A stretch of 44,260 nucleotides of DNA from the NCBI GenBank assembly GCA_036626195.1, contig JAZKSH010000003.1, forward strand, positions 1 to 44,260, given 5' to 3'. Of this stretch, positions 10,132 to 20,013 are shown one piece after another; position 1 is the stretch's first letter; the number at the start of each line of letters is the position of its first letter. The DNA is from Thermoplasmatota archaeon. GTDB lineage: Archaea; Thermoplasmatota; Thermoplasmata; Halarchaeoplasmatales; Halarchaeoplasmataceae. A model generated the notes under the pieces. The model was not told where the DNA came from. It did not search any database and worked only from the letters and a program-made list of their open reading frames with translations. Both the position numbers and the translations under genes were made by a program.

Positions 10132-10698
10132 TCAATCAAGCAGTGTGACCTTTTTAGTGGAAACACCCTTTTTAACGTTTTCCGAAATGCTGCCCTCTAT
10201 CACTGTTCCGAGAGGTCCTTTCTTAGGTCCGTGCATTATGATGTGATCGACATCTAGATTTTCAAATTCGTCGATGATCTCTTCGGCCACGTCTTCCCCT
10301 TTCCTGAGATGAACTTCGGAAGGGATGTTGAACTTTTCCACCAGGTCCATGATATCCTCCGCATATTTATCCGCCAGTTCTATCTTTTCATCTTTTACGG
10401 ATTCGAGAAAATCTTTTTTGCTCTCTGCCCCGATACTTGCATCGACCATCTCGGAGGGTTTTTTTTGCTCGATAGCCTTCAAGATTACTATCTTTTCAGG
10501 TTTTTCCTGCAGGATTATCTGTCTGATAACTTCTAATGCCTCTTTGGAGTATTTTTCCCGATAGCTGGCTATCATGAGTGTGTTTATCGCTTCAGTTCTC
10601 TCCTCGTCTTTTCTTTTCATGACTTTTTTATCGGTTTCTGCAACCTTTTTATTCTCTCTTTGCTCTTCGTCCTTTTTCTCTCTTTTTTTCGGATCCAT
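10132..10698 (-). CDS. Universal stress protein (USP)-like protein
   Basis: HLRKGEDVAEEII, DHIIMHG, C-terminal GSISENV resembling the USP GS motif. Confidence 0.78.
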   Translation of the reverse strand: MDPKKREKKDEEQRENKKVAETDKKVMKRKDEERTEAINTLMIASYREKYSKEALEVIRQIILQEKPEKIVILKAIEQKKPSEMVDASIGAESKKDFLESVKDEKIELADKYAEDIMDLVEKFNIPSEVHLRKGEDVAEEIIDEFENLDVDHIIMHGPKKGPLGTVIEGSISENVKKGVSTKKVTLLD

Positions 10699-10852
10699 GG
10701 AGATTCTTTACCTCCTATCTTTTTGGAGGGTGCCTTGAGTGTGCCCTTATGCCGCATCCATTATAAATTTTTAATGTTCCTTTTTCGAAGCTTCTGAAGC
10801 TGAGACGCTTTTGATGGGAGGATTAAAATATCTCCTTTACCCTTACATATAC

Positions 10853-11065
10853 TGTCCGGCTGCGAAGATCATGGTGAGCCCCCAGCGCTGTGAACCATGA
10901 TGCAAGAGCCGGATACGGTCCTGTAGGGTCCCCCTGTGAGATGGATGCGATGTCCGTAGATGATCAGGGAACAACCCCAGGGCTGGACACTCCCCTGGTC
11001 AGAGTCAGGGAGGGGAGTTGGACGTACCTTACGATGAACCTGCCTGTTACGGCCGGGGGACACCC
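10853..11065 (+). ncRNA. Three-hairpin box H/ACA-type guide RNA (candidate)
   Basis: GC-rich intergenic segment behind a TATA-like TTAAAATA (~10823-10830). Three stem/internal-loop/stem hairpins, each with tandem GA K-turn elements and followed by ATA (10913), ACA (10987) or ACA (11060). Confidence 0.7.
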
Positions 11066-11112
11066 ACTAAACTTCTTCCTAGAGGGGGGAATTGGAAAAG
11101 AGAGATGATCCG

Positions 11113-11271
11113 ATGAAGGAGAAAAACAAAACTTTGAGATGTCCAAAATGCGGCAGTCGTAAGATATTTCCAGAAACGGCTTTCATCACCGGATACAAGT
11201 ATCGCTGTGAAGATTGTGGCTATGTCGGATCACTGATACTGGAAGAATACACTACTGATGACGAAGACTAG
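11113..11271 (+). CDS. Small CPxCG Zn-finger protein (52 aa)
   Basis: Manual translation MKEKNKTLRCPKCGSRKIFPETAFITGYKYRCEDCGYVGSLILEEYTTDDED*; shorter than any ORF in the track. Confidence 0.8.
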   Translation: MKEKNKTLRCPKCGSRKIFPETAFITGYKYRCEDCGYVGSLILEEYTTDDED

Positions 11272-11284
11272 GATACACTTTTTT

Positions 11285-12490
11285 TCAGGCGTACATTACT
11301 TCTTTCTTTATTTCTCTTTCAACGGAATCATTGAGAACTTTCTCTATGGCGTCGACGAAGTCTCTTTCGTCTATCTTTTCTTTATCCTTCCTGATCGAAA
11401 ACATGCCCGCCTCTGTACATATCGCCTTGATATCGGCGCCACTGGCTTCTTCCGTTCTCTCCGCTAAAAAGGATAGATCGATATCCTCTTCAATACCCAT
11501 GTTCTCCATATGGATCTTGAAGATGTCTTTCCTTCCTTCGAAGCTTGGATTCGGCGTTTCGATTATCCTATCGAATCTTCCTGGCCTTAAAAGAGCTTTA
11601 TCAAGCAGCTTCGGTCTATTGGTAGCACCGATGATCTTCACTTCGCCTAAAGGATCGAAACCGTCGAGTTCGGATAAAAGCTGCATCAGGGTTCTCTGCA
11701 CCTCTCTATCTCCGGAAGTGGCACGCTCTTGTCTCCTCGTCGCTACGGAATCCAATTCGTCTATGAATATGATTGAAGGTGATTTCTCTCTGGCCATCTG
11801 GAAAAGTTCTCTGACCATCCGAGCCCCTTCACCGATGTATTTTTGAACCAATTCAGACCCGACGAGCTTGATGAATGTAGCGTTGGTCGAATTGGCTACG
11901 GCTTTCGCCATCATCGTTTTGCCGGTACCCGGCGGCCCAACCAGCAGAATAGCTTTTGGAGGATCTATACCGCGTCTCTCAAATTTGTTGGGGTAAAGAA
12001 GGGGGTCTTCCACGGTCTCTTTCACTTCTTGTATCTGATCCTCGAGTCCTCCTATGTCATCGTACGTTAGCTCAGGTTTATCGACGAGTTCCGCCCCCAT
12101 TATGTCGGGATCGACAGGGGGAGGCAGCACCCTAACCACAGATAAGGTCTGCTTGTTCAACGCTACCCTCGTCCCCGGCTTAAGCTTTTTTCCAGGAAGA
12201 AAATCTGCCACGTTCACTATAAAATCAGGTCCGGTAGAACTCTCTATGACCGCTTTATCATTCGGTAGAAGTTCTTTGACCAATCCAACGAGAAGTGGAG
12301 GCTTTTTTAATCTATTGAGTTCCTTTTTGAGTTCCTTTGTCTCCCTCTTCAGTTTTTCTAATTCATTTTTGACATAATCTCTCCTGTCCGTGGGTTCATA
12401 TTCTTTAGATAGCCTCTCGTGTTTCTTTTGAAGTTCCTCTATCCTTTGTGTCAACTCCTTAGAGGTTCCTCCTAAATCTTTTTCTTCCAA
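11285..12490 (-). CDS. pan: Proteasome-activating nucleotidase (PAN)
   Basis: N-terminal coiled coil, GPPGTGKT, KYIGEGAR, FIDELD, DREVQRT, LLRPGRFDR, C-terminal HbYX motif (MYA). Confidence 0.96.
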   Translation of the reverse strand: MEEKDLGGTSKELTQRIEELQKKHERLSKEYEPTDRRDYVKNELEKLKRETKELKKELNRLKKPPLLVGLVKELLPNDKAVIESSTGPDFIVNVADFLPGKKLKPGTRVALNKQTLSVVRVLPPPVDPDIMGAELVDKPELTYDDIGGLEDQIQEVKETVEDPLLYPNKFERRGIDPPKAILLVGPPGTGKTMMAKAVANSTNATFIKLVGSELVQKYIGEGARMVRELFQMAREKSPSIIFIDELDSVATRRQERATSGDREVQRTLMQLLSELDGFDPLGEVKIIGATNRPKLLDKALLRPGRFDRIIETPNPSFEGRKDIFKIHMENMGIEEDIDLSFLAERTEEASGADIKAICTEAGMFSIRKDKEKIDERDFVDAIEKVLNDSVEREIKKEVMYA

Positions 12491-12580
12491 ATGACCACCG
12501 TCTATTTATTAATTTACTCTCTCGCTGAGTTATAAAGATTGTGGTGACTAACTGAACACCGGCAGATAAGGTGAGATTTT

Positions 12581-13702
12581 TTATTCATCCAGAAACGAAT
12601 TCAGGCGTTTTACAGCGTGATGTTTGTCCTTCTCCGGTACCTCGGCCTTTGTTATCTCATTTTCTAGAATTTTAATGGTCGAATCGTAAACTTCTTTATC
12701 AACGGGATAAGGCGTGCCGTCTTTTCCGCCGTGGGCGAAACTGTATTTTACCGGATCCTCCCAGCTGGTTTTACTGCCGAATATGAGGTCAGAGACGAGA
12801 GCTAGAGCTCTTATCTTTTTGGGCCCAACCCCCTCTAGACTCACCAGCTCCTCATAATTTTCCGGTTGTATCTCGTAGGCTTCTTCCAGCACCTTCCACT
12901 CTCTATCTGAAAGGTCTACGTCTAGAACGGGGTGATGCGAGGGCATTTCCAATTCTTTAATCTTTTGTGCTTCCTTAAAGTCGGTCAAGGTGGTCTGGCC
13001 TTTCCGATCCAAGTACTTTTTAAGGTGATCTGGATTATCGTTCACCAGGTCAACGCTGGTCTTTCTCGCCTCTCCGCTTTTTTTGGAGGTCATATCTAGG
13101 ACCTCATTTTCCTTCCTATCGCAGCATACACCCTCGTGGGGTTCTTCGACGAAATCTTCTACTTTTTCTGAAAGCCAATGGTATCTTCTCGCGTAACCTG
13201 TCTCCTCTTTCATCCCCTGCTGGACCACCCCCCAGTCTCCTTTTTCGGTCACTATAAAACAGTGGTGATAAAGCTGATAGTGGTCCTGGACGCATGAATT
13301 GTCCACCTTTGCCGAAAGTTTAGAGTTCTCTACCAGTTCGTCCACCCGAGAAGGGCTGATAGAATAGATGTTCTCTAAATTTTTTATCTCCTCAGGAGTT
13401 TTTCTGCTCGTCTTCCCCTTCCCCCCTAATACCGCTATACCGTGCTCCTCAGCGTCAAGACCCTCCTTCAAAGCTCCACACGTGGTAGTTGTTGTACCGC
13501 TGGAGTGCCAGTCGAATCCTATGGTGCAGGAGAGCGCCTGGAACCAGTGAGGATCTGTGATCCTTCTCAGGAACTCTTCCCTTCCATATTCTTCTATTAT
13601 CACTTCTGTTATACCCTTGCTCAGTCTAACCATCCTTTCGAATAACCATCTCGGAGCGCTTCCACCGTGCAAAGGAAGATCGGCCTGGCCCTTTTTCTTC
13701 AT
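12581..13702 (-). CDS. DUF763-family protein (start re-assigned to ATG at 13702)
   Basis: ADLPLHGGSAPRWLF, GFDWHSSGTTT, AKVDNSCVQD, VVQQGM, ARRYHW, DPVKYSFAHGGKDG. Confidence 0.85.
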   Translation of the reverse strand: MKKKGQADLPLHGGSAPRWLFERMVRLSKGITEVIIEEYGREEFLRRITDPHWFQALSCTIGFDWHSSGTTTTTCGALKEGLDAEEHGIAVLGGKGKTSRKTPEEIKNLENIYSISPSRVDELVENSKLSAKVDNSCVQDHYQLYHHCFIVTEKGDWGVVQQGMKEETGYARRYHWLSEKVEDFVEEPHEGVCCDRKENEVLDMTSKKSGEARKTSVDLVNDNPDHLKKYLDRKGQTTLTDFKEAQKIKELEMPSHHPVLDVDLSDREWKVLEEAYEIQPENYEELVSLEGVGPKKIRALALVSDLIFGSKTSWEDPVKYSFAHGGKDGTPYPVDKEVYDSTIKILENEITKAEVPEKDKHHAVKRLNSFLDE

Positions 13703-13899
13703 ACATATTAACACTTTGAAGGTCTGGTATAACTTTTGTGGGGTGAAAGAGCTCACTCTGATCAGTCCGGCCATTTTTGGAGATAGAATGGGGCGGCCGC
13801 TGGTCCTGAGATACAAAAACTTTATACTGACCCATCCAATATCTAAGACGATGACTAAGAAGAATCCTCTGGTCAGGGTAAAATGTACAACAACAAAAG

Positions 13900-16659
13900 G
13901 TGGTTTGGTTGCTGCATGAACGATATTTTTCTTTGATCGTATTTACTTTCCTTTTATCTCCTCTTTTTTTTACTCCTCTGATCTCTTCTAGTGTACCTTC
14001 TACTCGATCTTCTACAACCATACGTATCGAAGAGGCCTTCGGCAGTGGAGAGGGCACACTCCCTGATGACCTCATGGAAGATGACGATATTTACTATAAC
14101 CTCTCAGGTGGCCAGTCGGCTGAATACTTCACAGTTTCATCTTTCAACACCTCGGGTAGAGAGGGAGGTATCTCAAAAGTCGATCTTTTTGGACAATATA
14201 AGGTCATCAGCAGATTTTACCCGACACAGAAATCGGTCGAATACAGGCAGAACTCATCTGCAGATTGGATAGAAGCCACGAATATAACTCCTGAAGAGAG
14301 CGATACCGAGGATACGACAAAACATGAAGACATCACACCCCTCTATCAGCAGTGGACCTGGGAGCGGATATCCGAACTTCAAGTGAGATACGTGAATCCC
14401 CAGGGCCGGATAGCATGGGATGCGATCTGGTTGGAGGTTGAAGTTTCAGATATTGAATACGAATTACAGGTACAAAAATCGGTCGATAGAGAAAAATGTT
14501 CTGCTGGTGACGAGATAAATTACAAGATCTGGTACAATAATACGGGCTCAGCAGTTTTGGATGAAGTCTATGTGAATGATACCTTCGACTCCAATCTAGA
14601 ATACCTTTCAGATAACACTCAGCAGACACCTATTGTAAACGGCGATACATACTCCTGGCACTTCACTTCTGTCAGCGTAGGGTCGAACAGTTTTACTGTC
14701 ACTTTGAAGGTCAACGAAACAACACCCGACGGCACTGAGATATCGAATCAAGCTCTCGCCGATTATAAAGGGCCAGGATGGTCCACGACCAATTCTAACG
14801 TGGTCACAACTCAGGTCGAGTACGTACCCGTCAGTGTTTCACAGAGCGTTTCGAAAGACGACGTGGTCATCGGAGACGAAGTGAATTATACCATAAGCCT
14901 CTCGATGAATACAGATTTAGAGACCACCTGTTGGGTCAACGATTCATTATCTTCTTATCTTGAATACGTTTCTGACGATTCTGGGGTCGAGCCAGAGATA
15001 GATGACAATAATATCTCTTGGAAATTCGACCTGTCTGATGACAAGACCTTCCACTTGAGAGTTAGAGTCAAAACTTCCACTCCTGACGGGATAGAGATAG
15101 CCAATCAGATCAGGTTAGAGTACTATTTAGAAAGGAGTTATTCAAGGGAGTCAAACATGGTTTACTTCACCGCTCATACATCCCCTGGGTACATCAATCT
15201 AAAAGCACAGACGACTTCCAATACCCCCGGGGAAGAAATGAATATCACGGTGACCTGCCACAATATCGAGGAAACGGAACTTTCTCCTGCTTGGGTCAAC
15301 ATCTCTATAGACGAGATGGTCTATGTCTCTGACTCACTCGCAGTTGAACCTGAAGAAAAAAACGATACTTTATCCTTTGCATTCGATAGTATCCCTCCTG
15401 GGGAACTCGAGTTCTATATCACCCTGAAGTCTCCCCTCTCCAGTGAGAACGGTGATCTTAACACGATACAGGGGGATTATACCTTTGGATTCTACGACGA
15501 GCTTTATCAAGTAGAGTCTAACAAGTTGATATTGACCACAGAAGCTCCCAATATCTATGTGGAGCTGGAATCTCCTTCCACGATTTATATGGACAGTACT
15601 TTCAACGCAACGGTATATTTGGAAAACGTGGGTATGGGAGATTCGAGATGGGTAAATTTGACCGTCAGATCCCAAAAGATGACTATCAACGGTTCCGATA
15701 GGGCAGATTATACTATGACCGACTTCGAAATCGAGAAGAGAAAGGTGCTTCTTGGGCTCCAAGGGACATCCACGGGTATAGGTAAAATCAGCATCGTCTG
15801 TAATTATACCACTTCGGCGGGTTCACCATATGACAGTAAATATTACACAGAGGAGATCCTGATAGAGAGACGCTCCGAGGAGATAGATTTCAATGCTAGT
15901 TTTTCGGAAGATTCATACGTTGTCGGAGAGACCGCCGAGGCGGGTGTGTTTGTGAACACTTCCTTTGACTCCCCTATCATAGGGAATATAAGCGTGAGAT
16001 GGGGCGGTAACATAACCTGTATATCGGGGAGTGAAACCCCTGATCTATCAGAAGAGCGGCTGATCCAATGGAACAAGAGCTTCGTTGACAGGACAACCTT
16101 ATCGGCAAGATTCAAGATAGGCAGAATGGAAGACGGTGATGAGGCAAAATTTGAGTTTTCTTTTAATTTCGATGATGAAAATATATCGATCGAAAGAGAA
16201 ATCTCCATAAAGTCTCCCGAGATCAGTTTATTTACTCTCGTTCACGATCACACGATCTTCTATAATGACGATACGACGGTGGATATATATATTTACAATA
16301 ACGGTTCGGTCCCTATCAACATGACCCTTCGTTTTCGCCTAAGACTCTTGACTTATACCAACCTGAGTAAAGGCGTTTACGAGCCCAGTACTGGGGATCT
16401 GATCTGGGAACTGAAACTTGATGCGAATTCTACCACTAAAGTTAGCTTCAACGTGACACCTACAGAAGACAGAACTAAGACCACCGAAGTGGATGCCCAG
16501 ATGGAAGGCAACCTGAATGGAATAAATCTCTATTATGCAACGGACCCCATAGATGTAAATATAAAGGAAACTGAGAAGGCGCAAAATTACTGGCTTTACC
16601 TGTTTGTACCCCTGGTTGTATTCGCGGCAGCGAGTTTCATATCCGTTTGGAGGAGATAA
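13900..16659 (+). CDS. Membrane-anchored cell-surface protein with DUF11-like Ig repeats
   Basis: Signal-like N-terminus, repeats KSVD...GDEINYKIWYNNTG...VNDT..LEYLSD, many NxS/T sequons, C-terminal TM followed by RR. Confidence 0.8.
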   Translation: MVWLLHERYFSLIVFTFLLSPLFFTPLISSSVPSTRSSTTIRIEEAFGSGEGTLPDDLMEDDDIYYNLSGGQSAEYFTVSSFNTSGREGGISKVDLFGQYKVISRFYPTQKSVEYRQNSSADWIEATNITPEESDTEDTTKHEDITPLYQQWTWERISELQVRYVNPQGRIAWDAIWLEVEVSDIEYELQVQKSVDREKCSAGDEINYKIWYNNTGSAVLDEVYVNDTFDSNLEYLSDNTQQTPIVNGDTYSWHFTSVSVGSNSFTVTLKVNETTPDGTEISNQALADYKGPGWSTTNSNVVTTQVEYVPVSVSQSVSKDDVVIGDEVNYTISLSMNTDLETTCWVNDSLSSYLEYVSDDSGVEPEIDDNNISWKFDLSDDKTFHLRVRVKTSTPDGIEIANQIRLEYYLERSYSRESNMVYFTAHTSPGYINLKAQTTSNTPGEEMNITVTCHNIEETELSPAWVNISIDEMVYVSDSLAVEPEEKNDTLSFAFDSIPPGELEFYITLKSPLSSENGDLNTIQGDYTFGFYDELYQVESNKLILTTEAPNIYVELESPSTIYMDSTFNATVYLENVGMGDSRWVNLTVRSQKMTINGSDRADYTMTDFEIEKRKVLLGLQGTSTGIGKISIVCNYTTSAGSPYDSKYYTEEILIERRSEEIDFNASFSEDSYVVGETAEAGVFVNTSFDSPIIGNISVRWGGNITCISGSETPDLSEERLIQWNKSFVDRTTLSARFKIGRMEDGDEAKFEFSFNFDDENISIEREISIKSPEISLFTLVHDHTIFYNDDTTVDIYIYNNGSVPINMTLRFRLRLLTYTNLSKGVYEPSTGDLIWELKLDANSTTKVSFNVTPTEDRTKTTEVDAQMEGNLNGINLYYATDPIDVNIKETEKAQNYWLYLFVPLVVFAAASFISVWRR

Positions 16660-16662
16660 AGA

Positions 16663-18684
16663 GTGCTGAAGAGATACTCCTTTTTTATCATATCAGTGGT
16701 CATCACAATACTGATATTGATGATCCCTCTCTCCGTGACGATAATGGGAGGGACTTCTAGAGTAGAAGAGAGGAGAGTTTTGAGAGAATACACCGTTCTA
16801 GACCAGTTGAAAAGTTCTTCTCGAAAAGGGGTTCAGATCGCTGTATATGGAAGTTACAGCGAGAATCTTGACCGGTTGTCCTCACAGCAGGTGGATGAAG
16901 AAATACAGAATGATGTGACTCGATTTGAAGAAGCAGACCTGGCTCCAGATTATTATATGCCGGATTCTTACCGGTACGATGGTCGCGTAATCGAATCGGT
17001 TCAAAAGTATTCCGATGAGTATGGATTTTCGACATCGATACCCGAGCGTATAATAGGGAACGGAAGCGGACACCCTGATGATCTGTTTGAGATAAGCGGC
17101 TCGGACGAGGACTTAAAAAAAGAAGATATTATAAACGCAAGGCCCACCGTGCTCGCTGTCCGAGCTGGAACATGGGATGAAGATATCGAAACTTTGCTTG
17201 AAGGCTATCTTGAAGGATTGACTGTAAAAAGATCTACTGTGAATATACTCGTGACCGATGTGAACGCCAGCACTAGTGATTCAACCATGGAGGAGATAAA
17301 TTCCGCTCTCATGCCTTACCATATGCCAGATTCTTACAGCCCTATCAGTGAGCTCATCTTCGCCGTTAGACCTGAAACTGTTACTACTACGACTTTACAA
17401 GGTCTCCATTCATACATGCCCGTTTGGATGCAGATACCGATGGAATTATTCTATGTTCTCGGGTTCTTTTTGACCTCTACTATGGGTTTTTTCTTCTTTC
17501 TAACCGGAACGTTAGAGAAGGAAAAAAAGAAAAAATATCCTCAGGAGCTTTTAGAACTTCAGAGAAAGCTCCCAGAATCACAGATAGGTAAGATCAAGGA
17601 AAAATTGGGCGGAGGTTATGCCCCTAAAGTCAGTATTATTTTACCCTGCTTCAACGAAAGTGAAGGCGTGGGAAGAGCGATCGAGAGCTGTTACTTTCAG
17701 GATTATGAAGGCGAGATAGAGATCATAGTGGTGGACGACGGTTCCCTGGATGAAACCTACGATATAGCGAAGGTACAGGAGAGCTCTTACTCACATAGAA
17801 GGGTCAAAGTCCACCAAAAGCCGAATTCGGGTAAGGCCGACGCACTTAATTTCGGTCTAGAACACGCCACGGGTAACATAGTGTTCCATACGGATGGAGA
17901 TACTGAGGTCGAGAAGGAAGCGGTGAAAAAGGTTGTAAAGAAATTCAAAGAATATCCTGAAGCCGGCGGAGTTGGAGGTTTTGTAGCCGTCAGGAACGAG
18001 AAGAATTTGATAACCAAACTTCAGCAGATCGAGTATGTTTACGGCCAGCATCTCCTGAGGTATATACAAGGGTTAGACGGGAACGTGGTGATAATGCCCG
18101 GAGCCATGACGGCACTTCCAAAAAAGATAGCAGAGGAGTTCCCGATGCCTAAAGGTACTCTCACCGAAGATGCACATCTTACGATAAAGCTTCTCAGTTC
18201 CGGTTTCGAGACCAGGTACGCCAGGGACACCAGAGTGTGGACTAACGTTCCTGAAAAATTTTCATCGTGGTGGAAACAGCGCACTCGATGGCTCTATGGT
18301 TTCCTTCAGATATGGACGAGAGAACGCAGCTTCATGCTAAGAAATCTTTGGTCTTTCTTCTATATAGGAAGATGGTACCTTTCTTTTCTTACTTTCGGCC
18401 TTTTATTGTTCGTGGGCATCCTATCGCCTTTGGTCTCCCGGGGAGCGGCTCTGTGGGGTTTTCTTTCTCTGAGATTTTTTGTAGTCATATCGGGTTATAT
18501 GATCACCCGTGCACTCATCCTGAAAAGCTATGGGAAAGGAGCGAGATTTATCAAGTACTCTCTCCCCTATCTGGCTTACGGTATGACCTTAGGCCTATTG
18601 AGGCAGTCCCTCCTCTTCAGGTACGTTTCTAGGATCGGCTTGAAGATAGAATGGGGCGGCCGTGAGATAGAGGTGAAAAGATGA
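16663..18684 (+). CDS. Processive GT2 glycosyltransferase (cellulose/PNAG-synthase-like) with extracellular N-terminal domain
   Basis: PCFNE, VDDGS, GKADALN, DGD, TED, QRTRW motifs and flanking TM helices. Confidence 0.9.
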   Translation: MLKRYSFFIISVVITILILMIPLSVTIMGGTSRVEERRVLREYTVLDQLKSSSRKGVQIAVYGSYSENLDRLSSQQVDEEIQNDVTRFEEADLAPDYYMPDSYRYDGRVIESVQKYSDEYGFSTSIPERIIGNGSGHPDDLFEISGSDEDLKKEDIINARPTVLAVRAGTWDEDIETLLEGYLEGLTVKRSTVNILVTDVNASTSDSTMEEINSALMPYHMPDSYSPISELIFAVRPETVTTTTLQGLHSYMPVWMQIPMELFYVLGFFLTSTMGFFFFLTGTLEKEKKKKYPQELLELQRKLPESQIGKIKEKLGGGYAPKVSIILPCFNESEGVGRAIESCYFQDYEGEIEIIVVDDGSLDETYDIAKVQESSYSHRRVKVHQKPNSGKADALNFGLEHATGNIVFHTDGDTEVEKEAVKKVVKKFKEYPEAGGVGGFVAVRNEKNLITKLQQIEYVYGQHLLRYIQGLDGNVVIMPGAMTALPKKIAEEFPMPKGTLTEDAHLTIKLLSSGFETRYARDTRVWTNVPEKFSSWWKQRTRWLYGFLQIWTRERSFMLRNLWSFFYIGRWYLSFLTFGLLLFVGILSPLVSRGAALWGFLSLRFFVVISGYMITRALILKSYGKGARFIKYSLPYLAYGMTLGLLRQSLLFRYVSRIGLKIEWGGREIEVKR

Positions 18685-19844
18685 AGAAGCCAGAAGATAC
18701 CATAGTGGAACTTACCTGCCCTGCATGCGGGGCCCATCCCAGACCTAACAGTGAGGAATGCTGGAGATGCGGTGAGAGATTTGAACAGGATCTGGTCAAG
18801 AAGATCAAAAAGAAAAGTAGTTTGGTCTCTATAGATATCGATCCGGACCAGAGGTACGCCGACTGGCTAAGATATATCTTTCCTGTCTTTATAGTGCCGC
18901 TCTTTTTCATAGGCGATCTACGCTTTTCCCTAGCTCTTTTTGGTTTCAGCTTCTTGGTTTTCTTTTCACAGCGAAGATGGTACAGGTATGGAGGTCGGAC
19001 CGGGATTTTCTCTGCAGTGCAGGTATTTATCCCATTTCTGCTGATCGTCTATCTGTTCGAACCAGTAGTTCCTATGCGTGAATTCGTGATCGTGGGGGCA
19101 TTGACCGCTGCCTCCGCCGTGGTGGTGCTGGTCTGCCGGGCTAGGCCCCGCTACATGAGTTTTGTCCTGCTAGGTGCCTTCACGGCTCTGACGAGCTTGG
19201 TTCCGCAGTATAGATTGATAGTGGTCGTTTTATCCGGTGTTATATTTGGGCTGCTGGTCTGGGAGTTCGTAGAGATAGATACTTATTTCGTTCCAGCCTA
19301 TCTTCTGCCGGTCCCTTTATTGAACATATTTATGGATTCCAACTCTGTGCTGGCGGCTTTCCTGTCCAGCGGCGTGGTTATCTCGATATTGATATTGTAT
19401 AGGGAATTGAACATCCGCCAGATCGATCCTATACTCATATACAGACTAGGCGGCCTTCACGAGGAAGAATTTACCGATGAATTTAGAGCTAGTGCTGAAG
19501 AAGATGTGGACTCGACGCTGAAGGTGGCGGACTCCTGGCTTCGGAGGGCAAAATATCAGCTTTCCGAGGGAGATTTGGAAGAGGCCAGGGAAAGTCTACA
19601 GAAAGCTCTTCGACAGGACGTGGACCCGGTCGAAGCCCACGTGATGCGCTACTATCTAGAGAGAGACGAGAAGATGCTTTCCTGGGCCAGGAGGATCTCC
19701 CTCAAGCACCTGAAGAAGTATCTCACGGAAAATTTGTCCTATAGGGAAAAATATTCTCTGCTAGACCTTGTTTCAAAAGCTTTTGAAAAGGAGAAGGTCG
19801 ATAGATACTTCGGTAACCTAGTAGGTCGAGAGAGGAAAGAGTGA
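18681..19844 (+). CDS. Membrane protein with N-terminal Zn-ribbon and C-terminal TPR-like helices
   Basis: CPACG...CWRCG, multi-pass hydrophobic core, WLRRAKYQLSEGDLEEARESLQKAL; ATGA overlap with the GT2 gene. Confidence 0.7.
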   Translation: MKKPEDTIVELTCPACGAHPRPNSEECWRCGERFEQDLVKKIKKKSSLVSIDIDPDQRYADWLRYIFPVFIVPLFFIGDLRFSLALFGFSFLVFFSQRRWYRYGGRTGIFSAVQVFIPFLLIVYLFEPVVPMREFVIVGALTAASAVVVLVCRARPRYMSFVLLGAFTALTSLVPQYRLIVVVLSGVIFGLLVWEFVEIDTYFVPAYLLPVPLLNIFMDSNSVLAAFLSSGVVISILILYRELNIRQIDPILIYRLGGLHEEEFTDEFRASAEEDVDSTLKVADSWLRRAKYQLSEGDLEEARESLQKALRQDVDPVEAHVMRYYLERDEKMLSWARRISLKHLKKYLTENLSYREKYSLLDLVSKAFEKEKVDRYFGNLVGRERKE

Positions 19845-19849
19845 GCCTA

Positions 19850-19873
19850 GGTCAGCAGGATGACCCCTTTTTT
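19850..19873 (+). terminator. Possible terminator of the GT2 operon
   Basis: GGTCA-gcagga-TGACC hairpin followed by a T run just after the stop codon. Confidence 0.4.
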
Positions 19874-20013
19874 GGTGTAGAAGTTTCGCAGTTATTATAA
19901 CCTTAGAGAGGTCAGAGAGCAAGTTTCCAGAGGAAGGGAGAACATCACCTTTCAGCTAGTACGATCGTTAGATATAGAGTTTTAATAGTCACACATGAGC
20001 CCTAATTCCCCGG

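Noticed and set aside
10853-11100. SRP RNA, RNase P RNA, or the short ORFs 10869-11146
   Set aside because: No SRP helix-8 GNRA/AGCAG motif and no RNase P GAGGAAAGUCC-type motif; the ORFs look non-coding; an H/ACA layout fits better.
13703-13816. N-terminal extension of the DUF763 ORF
   Set aside because: Family-like sequence begins at MKKKGQADLPLH (ATG 13702); the extension overlaps promoter-like DNA.
19881-19940. ORB-like words (reverse strand TTCCTCTGGAAAC, TAACTGCGAAAC) suggesting a replication origin
   Set aside because: Only two weak matches, no G-string and no orc1/cdc6 in the window; cannot be supported.
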